The position numbers and the translations under genes were made by a program. Positions 57,463 through 64,000 of a DNA stretch of 64,000 nt are shown here, one piece after another. The stretch covers positions 6,315-70,314 of the forward strand of contig JBOFYZ010000042.1 of assembly GCA_051654925.1 (NCBI GenBank). Direction: 5' to 3'. Position 1 is the stretch's first letter. Every line of letters begins with the position of its first letter. Under the pieces are notes generated by a model. The model worked only from the letters and a program-made list of their open reading frames with translations, was not told the DNA's origin and searched no databases. The stretch is from Lachnospiraceae bacterium. Lineage in GTDB: Bacteria > Bacillota > Clostridia > Lachnospirales > Lachnospiraceae.

Positions 57463-58965
57463 CTACGCCGCTGCCTTTGTCTTTGTCATCGCACGCTTGA
57501 CCTGACCATACGCAGTCCAGATCACCATACCGGTTGTAAAAACCAGGAATGCACCGGAAATCGGGGCTTTTAAAAAAGCCGAGAAATCATTGCCTGAATA
57601 CATCAGTCCACGAATCAGGTTTGTTTCGAGTGTTGGCCCTAACACCAGACCTAAAATCAGCGGTGCCTGCGGGAATTTATGCCGTACCATAAAGAAACCA
57701 ATGACACCAAAAATCAGGGCCGTCCAGACATCAAAGAAGCTGTGGTTCGTTCCATATGTACCAACAATGCAAAGAATCATGACCGCCGGCAGCAGAATGT
57801 ACTTCGGTACAGACAGTACTTTTACAAAGAAACTGATGCCGCCGTATTCAACCACATACATCATAATTGTACAGATAATAAAAGCGGCAAAAATACCATA
57901 TACCAGCACACCGCTGTTCTTAAACAGCAGCGGCCCCGGCGTAATCCCGTGCAGCGTCAAACCGCCCAGAATCATAGCCGTAACGGTATCACCGGGGATA
58001 CCCAGGGTTAACAGCGGAATCAGGGCTCCGCCGATGGAAGCATTATTGGCGGTCTCTGTGGCTATAACACCGTCAATCACACCGGTACCGAATTTTTCCG
58101 GATATTTACTCTGCTGCTTTGCCACACTATATGCCACGATATTGGAGGTAGCGCCGCCGATTCCCGGCAAAATACCAATGCCGATACCCAAAAGGGCGGA
58201 ACGGATAAAATTGACAAACTGATCTTTAAACTCCTGCCAGCTCACACCGATTCCTTTGACCTTACAACTGCGAATCGTTGCTTCATTGCTTTTAATGCCG
58301 TCAGCGCCGATTTTTAAAATTTCTGCGACGGCAAATAATCCGATCATAACCGGCAGCTGCGCAAAACCATTTTCCATCGACCGCAAGCCAAACGTAAAAC
58401 GCTCGGTTCCGCCGATTGAGGCAATCCCAACCAAAGATATCGTAATGCCCAAAACCGCGCTCATCAGTCCTTTTAACAGATTATCACCCACCATCGCACC
58501 AATCATCGTCATCGCAAACAGACAGATGGAAAACATCTCATACGGCCCGAATTTAAGCGCTATCGTCGCTAACCCCGGAGCAATGAAAATCAGAGCAAAA
58601 ATAGAAAGCACCGTTCCCAGAAAGGAATAAAATATACCGATTGCCAGGGCTTTTCCGCCCTCACCGCGATCTGCCATCGGCCCGCCGTCAAAGGTAGTGG
58701 CAACCGATGAAGGGGTTCCGGGAATCTTTAACAGAATGGCCGAAATCAGTCCACCCGAGGTGCCGCCGACATAGATTGCAATCAGCATAGCGATGCCGTT
58801 AAGCGGTGACATGGAAAATGTAATCGGCAGACATAAGGCAACCCCCATTGTGGAAGTCAGACCCGGAATGGAGCCAAAAATAATACCGATGACAGTCCCC
58901 ACAAACATGACCAGAAAACAGGTCGGATTGATGACGGACAGCAATCCCTCAATTTGTATACTCAT
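57463..58965 (-). CDS. tctA: Tripartite tricarboxylate transporter large permease TctA
   Basis: 500-aa polytopic protein. The N-terminus GTVIGIIFGSIPGLTSTMGVALCLP is typical of TctA. Confidence 0.85.
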   Translation of the reverse strand: MSIQIEGLLSVINPTCFLVMFVGTVIGIIFGSIPGLTSTMGVALCLPITFSMSPLNGIAMLIAIYVGGTSGGLISAILLKIPGTPSSVATTFDGGPMADRGEGGKALAIGIFYSFLGTVLSIFALIFIAPGLATIALKFGPYEMFSICLFAMTMIGAMVGDNLLKGLMSAVLGITISLVGIASIGGTERFTFGLRSMENGFAQLPVMIGLFAVAEILKIGADGIKSNEATIRSCKVKGIGVSWQEFKDQFVNFIRSALLGIGIGILPGIGGATSNIVAYSVAKQQSKYPEKFGTGVIDGVIATETANNASIGGALIPLLTLGIPGDTVTAMILGGLTLHGITPGPLLFKNSGVLVYGIFAAFIICTIMMYVVEYGGISFFVKVLSVPKYILLPAVMILCIVGTYGTNHSFFDVWTALIFGVIGFFMVRHKFPQAPLILGLVLGPTLETNLIRGLMYSGNDFSAFLKAPISGAFLVFTTGMVIWTAYGQVKRAMTKTKAAA

Positions 58966-58977
58966 GTGAACTCCTCC

Positions 58978-59457
58978 TTATTTTAAGATGCCGGCTGGTA
59001 ATACAAGTGAAAACACATCCACAAACAACATATTTACCAGGATTGGCATAATCACGGAAATGACTGCAAAAATCAGATACATTTTGGTACTCCGTTTGTC
59101 GTCCGGCACAAAGATGATCATCTGGACTAGCATATATACAATTGAGCTGATCACAAAACCAACCGGTTTTAAAGCCAATCCATATACCAGCAGAATTGTC
59201 ATCGTTGCTAAAAAACCGCGTAGCTGTACTGCTTCTTTTATTAAAAATCTTTCTTCCGGTTTGATCATTGTTGTTATCAGCAAAAGGGCACTGATCAGCA
59301 GCCACAGCTTACTGCACAGTTTTGGCATAAAATCGCCGCCCTGCCCCATCGTGACACCGGTCTGGATGCTCTGAGCACTGACCACGAGAGCAACACCAAA
59401 CACAACCAGAGCAAGACATATGATCAGCTCTTCCAGTTTTGTTTTCTTTTTCGTCAT
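58978..59457 (-). CDS. tctB: Tripartite tricarboxylate transporter small subunit TctB
   Basis: 159 aa with four hydrophobic segments, located between tctC and tctA. Confidence 0.7.
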   Translation of the reverse strand: MTKKKTKLEELIICLALVVFGVALVVSAQSIQTGVTMGQGGDFMPKLCSKLWLLISALLLITTMIKPEERFLIKEAVQLRGFLATMTILLVYGLALKPVGFVISSIVYMLVQMIIFVPDDKRSTKMYLIFAVISVIMPILVNMLFVDVFSLVLPAGILK

Positions 59458-59472
59458 AAACAGCTCTCCTTT

Positions 59473-60498
59473 TTAATTGAAGTCAACAGTTTCCAATGCC
59501 TTATATACATCGTCAAAAATCTGCAGTCCTTCCTCCCCGCGGTAATATACCGGCTGCTGATAGTAGGATTCATAAATCTGACCCTGATATTTCTCATTGT
59601 TTTTCACAACATCTTCGATTACATCATTAAACTGACTGACCAGAGCCTCGTTGGTTCCTTTTGGGAACGCAAAAAAATAGTAGAAGGGAAGGCAAACGTC
59701 ATAACCCTGATTGGTAATGGTCTGGATATTGACATTTTCATCGGCAATCACTAAATCTTCTTCACCGTCCATTGCCAGCGGTACCAAAGTTCCTTCCTGA
59801 ACGTAATCTGAAATTGAACCATACGCTGCCAGAATCACATCTACATGTCCGCCCAGCACTGCTGCCAGACGATCAGCCGCCGAACCGGCATCGACAATAT
59901 TGACATCAAAACCAGCATTTTTAAGCTGCATCGCAACCGCATATGAGGTTGCACCGGTCTGTGCCGCCATTTTCAGTTCACCCGGATGCGCCTTCGTATA
60001 ATCATAAAGCTCCTGCAGCGTATTGATGCCCAGGCTTGCGTTTACCGTAACCACGTTTCCGACATTCATCCCAGCAATACCGGCAAAGTCGTATGCATCA
60101 AAGCCATAATCGGTCGTCCCACACATCTCATTGACAACAAAGGCAGAATGATAGAACAGTATGCTGCTGCCATCCGGTTCTGCATCCCTCACCTGACGTG
60201 TACCCGTCGCGCCGCCGTTACCATTGACATTAGCTACGACAAAGGTAGCCGGCAATTTTTCGGAAAGAATCTGGGCAAACAGCCGGGCATTAAAATCAGT
60301 ATCACCACCGGCACTCGCCGGTACTACAATCTCTACGGTTTTCGGCCATTTTACATCGGCCACGGTTTCAGAGCCGCTGTTGCCGGCTGCCGCATTGTCT
60401 GCACTCCCGGCACTGCCGCTGGTGCTGCTGTTACCACAGGCCATCAAAGATCCAGCCAATACCATTGCTATTGCTAAACTAACCACTTTTTTAAACAT
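59473..60498 (-). CDS. tctC: Tripartite tricarboxylate transporter substrate-binding lipoprotein TctC (Bug family)
   Basis: Lipobox GSLMACGNS and a mature domain of about 300 aa (PASAGGDTDFNARL, a Bug-type motif). Confidence 0.8.
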   Translation of the reverse strand: MFKKVVSLAIAMVLAGSLMACGNSSTSGSAGSADNAAAGNSGSETVADVKWPKTVEIVVPASAGGDTDFNARLFAQILSEKLPATFVVANVNGNGGATGTRQVRDAEPDGSSILFYHSAFVVNEMCGTTDYGFDAYDFAGIAGMNVGNVVTVNASLGINTLQELYDYTKAHPGELKMAAQTGATSYAVAMQLKNAGFDVNIVDAGSAADRLAAVLGGHVDVILAAYGSISDYVQEGTLVPLAMDGEEDLVIADENVNIQTITNQGYDVCLPFYYFFAFPKGTNEALVSQFNDVIEDVVKNNEKYQGQIYESYYQQPVYYRGEEGLQIFDDVYKALETVDFN

Positions 60499-60524
60499 AA
60501 TACATTCCTCCTTTATTTGGGTCC

Positions 60525-62042
60525 TTACGTAATCGGGGCCGGATTAAAAATACACAGATCATTATAAAGCTTATATTTTTCAGCATACGGCTGTTTTCTG
60601 CCGCTGGCCACATCAATAATCTCATGAAACAATAGTGTTCCGATGGTTTCAATCGTTTCTTCACCGGTCGCAATCGGCCCGGCATTAATATCAATCAAAT
60701 CCGGCCACTGCTCCTTCATATCATTGCGGGAACAAACTTTAATAACCGGCGCAACCGCCAGACCATAAGGCGTTCCCCGACCGGTCATGAACACCTGAAC
60801 ACCGATTCCGGAAGCTAACTGGCAGGGTCCGCAGACAATGTCACTGGCGGGAGTTGCCGCATAAATAAGACCTTTTTTGCCGGGCTTTTCAGCGGGTGAC
60901 AATACTTCGACAATCGGTGATACCCCGGACTTGGCAATGGACCCCATTGCTTTTTCAACGATATTTGCCAAGCCACCTTTTTTGTTGCCGGGCGTCGGAT
61001 TGGCACTGCGGTCAACCTCACCGGCATCCAGATATTTATCATACCATCTCATTTCCGCCGCTAACTTTTTACCGACCTCTTCATTCACGCAGCGCTGACC
61101 TAACAAATATACACCATCACGAACCTCTGTTACTTCCGAGAACATAACCGTCGCGCCGCCTTTGACCAACATATCCGATGCATAACCGGCCGACGGATTC
61201 GCGGTAACGCCGGAAAAAGCATCACTGCCGCCGCACTGCAGGCCAACCAGTAATTCAGACAACGGCAGGGGTTCACGTCTTCTTTTATTTAGAATCTTCA
61301 GTTTTGCTTCGGCCATATCCATCAGAGCCGAAACCATCGCATCAAAGCCTTTTAAATCCTGTAATACAATGACATTCTCCGGTGTGATGTCCGCCGCTTC
61401 ACAAAGCATATCAACGGTAAACTTCTCACATCCCAGACCAACGACCATTAGCTGACCGCCAAAATTCGGATGCTTGGATAAATTACGCAGGGCGCGAATC
61501 GGCACCTTTGCTTCCGGAGCATTGATTGCCACCCCGCAGCCGTATGCATGATTGAGCGGTACAATATCATCCACATGGGGATATTTTGGCAACAGTTCTG
61601 TTTTCATGCGCGCAACGGCAACATTTAAAACACCGGTAACACATTGGACGGTCGTACTGATACCCAGAATGTTTCTGGTGCCGGCCGGGCCGCCCCAGGG
61701 ATTTTTATAACCTTCCCAGGTTGTTTCCGGCGGTTCTGGCAAATCAGTAAGCAGGTTTGTGGCAAATTCCATTTCGTCTACATCGGGCGGCGTCGGCAGT
61801 TCCAGCATATGCTCATTAATCCAGTCGCCCTGGTTAATCGGATCAATCGCATAACCTAAAATCACACCATAGCGAATAATCGCACCACCGCCAGGAATAT
61901 CCGTTAAGGCAATTTTATGTGCCTGTGGAATATTCTGATGGGCTATGACCTCTGGCATGACCTCTGTTCCTGCTTTAATTTCTTCCACCGCAATCGCTAC
62001 ATTATCCTGATCTTTGATTTTAATGTACAGCGGTTTTTTCAA
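60525..62042 (-). CDS. UxaA-family sugar-acid dehydratase (altronate/galactarate dehydratase-like) with N-terminal SAF domain
   Basis: SAF-like N-terminus IKIKDQDNVAIAVEEIKAGTEV and a large UxaA C-terminal region (GCGVA, LQCGGSDAFSG, GRGTP). TTG start behind an AAGGAGGGG RBS. Confidence 0.8.
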   Translation of the reverse strand: MKKPLYIKIKDQDNVAIAVEEIKAGTEVMPEVIAHQNIPQAHKIALTDIPGGGAIIRYGVILGYAIDPINQGDWINEHMLELPTPPDVDEMEFATNLLTDLPEPPETTWEGYKNPWGGPAGTRNILGISTTVQCVTGVLNVAVARMKTELLPKYPHVDDIVPLNHAYGCGVAINAPEAKVPIRALRNLSKHPNFGGQLMVVGLGCEKFTVDMLCEAADITPENVIVLQDLKGFDAMVSALMDMAEAKLKILNKRRREPLPLSELLVGLQCGGSDAFSGVTANPSAGYASDMLVKGGATVMFSEVTEVRDGVYLLGQRCVNEEVGKKLAAEMRWYDKYLDAGEVDRSANPTPGNKKGGLANIVEKAMGSIAKSGVSPIVEVLSPAEKPGKKGLIYAATPASDIVCGPCQLASGIGVQVFMTGRGTPYGLAVAPVIKVCSRNDMKEQWPDLIDINAGPIATGEETIETIGTLLFHEIIDVASGRKQPYAEKYKLYNDLCIFNPAPIT

Positions 62043-62298
62043 AGCATCCCCTCCTTGTAATATGACTTGTTTTGCAGCTATATTTGTGTATTCATCATAT
62101 AATGATTTCTCTAATAAAGTAAAATACCGATTAACTAGAGTACTCTAACTTAAAGTTATAATTCATTTCATAAATATGGTCGATTGGCTGCATACGAGGG
62201 CTTCCAGATGATAAAATTCTTCCACAAAAATAAATTCTCATGATTCTCTCATTTTTTCATATATTTTAGTAATCTACTTATCTTGCCGGAGAACCAAC

Positions 62299-63855
62299 AT
62301 GACACTTCCTTTTCAGCTATCCCCTAAAAAACGTGCGTTTCTGGCCGGTACCATCCTTCTGACAGGTACCGGCTTTCTGTGCCGTGTACTGGGCTTTTTC
62401 TACCGTATCTTCCTTTCCCGTACCATTGGCGCGGAAGGCCTTGGGCTTTACAATATGATCCATCCGATTTACGGTATCTGCTTCGCCCTGTGTGCCGGTT
62501 CCATACAGACAGCTTTATCTCAATACATAGCCTCCCACATGAACCGTGGGCGGTCGATCTTCCGTACAGGACTCTGTATCTCGATGGCGATGTCTTTTAT
62601 TTTGGCCTTCCTGATTTGCCAGAATGCCGAATTTCTGGCCACGCATATCCTGATGGAACCGCGGTGCATCGAGTATCTGCCGCTGATGGGAATTTCCGTT
62701 CCATTTGCTGCCTTTAATGCCTGTGTTAACGGATATTATTATGGTTCTCAGAATGCCAAAATACCGGCTTTCTCCCAAGTGGTTGAGCAGGTGCTGCGGA
62801 TGAGCCTGGTCTTTCTCATTGCCAAATACTGGGTTGAGGCAGGAAATGTTATTACCGTTCAACTGGCTGTATTCGGCCATCTGGCCGGAGAAGCTGCCGC
62901 AGCGGTATTCGCATTTCTCTGTCTCAGTATATGTCCGCCGCAGCCGCGTCGTAAATTGCCGGATGATGTATCCGTCGATGAACTGACCTCCCGGCATCTC
63001 CACAACGTTGCCGCGCCGCTGATCATGCTGGCCCTTCCGCTGATGGGTAACCGCCTGGTGCTCAATATTCTGGCCAGTGCCGAATCGATCTGGATCCCCA
63101 GCCGCCTTCAGATGTCAGGACTGACCAACTCCGAAGCACTGGCGGTCTATGGTGTGCTGACCGGTATGGCACTGCCCTTTATCCTGTTCCCTTCCGCAAT
63201 CACCAATTCCATGGCGGTCCTGCTGCTGCCATCCGTGGCTCAGGCACAGGCCGAAGGCAACCAGAGCAGCATCGCCTCAAGCATCTCGATATCGCTTCGC
63301 TACAGCCTGTATATGGGGATATTATGTATCGGTATCTTCACACTGTTCGGCAATGCACTCGGAAACAGCGTCTTTCACGATTCAAGTGCCGGTTACTATA
63401 TCGAAGTTCTGGCATGGCTGTGCCCGTTTCTCTATCTTGCCACCACCATGGGCAGTATCCTCAACGGCCTGGGCAAAACAAAGACCACCTTTTTCCACAA
63501 TATCGGTGCCATGCTGCTGCGCCTCGCCTTTGTCATCTTTGTTATTCCGGAATTTGGTATCCTGGCTTATTTATGGGGCATGCTGGTCAGTGAAACAGTA
63601 CTGGCACTGCTGCACCTCTGGTCACTGAAGAAGATGACCGCGATTCCATGGAACGCCTGGGAAATGATTGTCAAACCTGCAATCCTGCTTTTGATTTCGA
63701 TCGGTATTTATTATTTCCTGCGCGGAATCATCCACCTTTCATCGATTCTGCCTCTATTTCTGGAGACTGCGACCTGGATTCTGGTGATCAGTTTTATTTA
63801 CTGTGGCCTGCTGCTGATGTTTCACTTTGGAAAAAGCGGCCGGGGATGTCCGTGA
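62299..63855 (+). CDS. spoVB: Stage V sporulation protein B-like MOP-family flippase
   Basis: N-terminus FLAGTILLTGTGFLCRVLGFFYRIFLSRTIGAEGLGLYNMIHPIY closely matches the SpoVB pattern. 14 hydrophobic segments. Confidence 0.75.
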   Translation: MTLPFQLSPKKRAFLAGTILLTGTGFLCRVLGFFYRIFLSRTIGAEGLGLYNMIHPIYGICFALCAGSIQTALSQYIASHMNRGRSIFRTGLCISMAMSFILAFLICQNAEFLATHILMEPRCIEYLPLMGISVPFAAFNACVNGYYYGSQNAKIPAFSQVVEQVLRMSLVFLIAKYWVEAGNVITVQLAVFGHLAGEAAAAVFAFLCLSICPPQPRRKLPDDVSVDELTSRHLHNVAAPLIMLALPLMGNRLVLNILASAESIWIPSRLQMSGLTNSEALAVYGVLTGMALPFILFPSAITNSMAVLLLPSVAQAQAEGNQSSIASSISISLRYSLYMGILCIGIFTLFGNALGNSVFHDSSAGYYIEVLAWLCPFLYLATTMGSILNGLGKTKTTFFHNIGAMLLRLAFVIFVIPEFGILAYLWGMLVSETVLALLHLWSLKKMTAIPWNAWEMIVKPAILLLISIGIYYFLRGIIHLSSILPLFLETATWILVISFIYCGLLLMFHFGKSGRGCP

Positions 63856-64000
63856 TAAAATAAGCAGCGTATCTGCTGCAACAGCTGCTTATATTGCTTT
63901 AAAATGAGGCTGTTACCCCAATGACATTTCAATGATTATGGTAACAGCCCTGTTTTCTACTTTTTAAACTTCCTGCACAACCCACGCACGGGCTTTTTCC

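Noticed and set aside
57590-58630. Plus-strand ORFs of 210, 110 and 124 aa within tctA
   Set aside because: They are antisense to the TctA permease, Pro/Ile/Ser-rich, with no start context.
63908-63949. Hairpin GGCTGTTACC...GGTAACAGCC sharing the GGTAACAG core with the TIR of the 638-1071 element
   Set aside because: Only 8 nt are shared. The context (10-bp stem plus a T-rich tail after spoVB) fits an ordinary terminator, so the resemblance is probably coincidence.
1-64000. Search for CRISPR arrays, rRNA genes, retron/DGR reverse transcriptases, restriction-modification or other multi-gene defence islands
   Set aside because: I found no regularly spaced direct repeats, no RT, Cas, methyltransferase or helicase-nuclease motifs, and no rRNA-like sequence. 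The only defence-like module is the MNT/HEPN pair.

Overview
The gene content (spoVB, DegV, class B sortase with an SPKTG substrate, a CIRCE operator, nifS-nifU-mnmA) suggests a gut Clostridia, Lachnospiraceae-like chromosome; this taxonomic call is inference. The window has two parts.

**Part 1 (about 1-23.1 kb)** is AT-rich accessory DNA. Hand counts on sampled 60-nt lines give about 33-42% GC, against about 45-58% further right. It contains:
- An approximately 18-kb minus-strand Wzx/Wzy-type capsule/exopolysaccharide locus. In transcription order: initiating phosphoglycosyl transferase, glycosyltransferases GT4, GT2 and WbsX, Wzy, pyruvyl transferase, Wzx, O-acetyltransferase, an FrhB-like Fe-S protein, an SDR, then CpsB/CpsD/CpsC and an LCP ligase.
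- A class B sortase and a small SPKTG-anchored surface protein at the end of that locus.
- Several decay scars: a chimeric sugar-dehydrogenase/epimerase pseudogene, glycosyltransferase remnants, a 109-bp palindrome, a 434-bp TIR/TSD element with IS66-like ends, and an IS630 transposase wreck.
- A 3.7-kb islet carrying an MNT/HEPN pair and an 828-aa LRR/Ig/B-repeat/cell-wall-binding adhesin. It is bracketed by two 102-bp, 91%-identical copies of the 3' end of an ABC permease gene.

**Part 2 (23.1-64 kb)** is mostly core-like:
- An orphan ABC permease and a YitT-family protein.
- An ECF sigma, anti-sigma and vWA-lipoprotein cassette.
- Housekeeping and metabolic genes: GATase, metallophosphoesterase, galK, a radical SAM protein, CapA, DegV and MATE.
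- htpG behind a perfect CIRCE operator.
- A PrsA-like lipoprotein, a HAD hydrolase, and a TetR regulator with a P1B-type ATPase.
- A degraded prophage or integrative-element remnant next to tRNA-Ser(CGA).
- An amidase-mnmA-nifU-nifS operon and a YyaL-like thioredoxin-domain protein.
- Two divergent LysR paralogs beside a LarA-like / TctABC / UxaA-family dehydratase cluster.
- spoVB.

I found no CRISPR array, rRNA or obvious multi-gene defence system. The candidates I consider most worth follow-up are:
- the LarA-like / TTT transporter / UxaA cluster;
- the FrhB-like / pyruvyl-transferase / SDR / acetyltransferase decoration module;
- the permease-repeat-flanked MNT/HEPN-adhesin islet;
- the sortase B/SPKTG pair appended to the capsule operon.

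All family assignments come from motif reading by eye; no searches were run.
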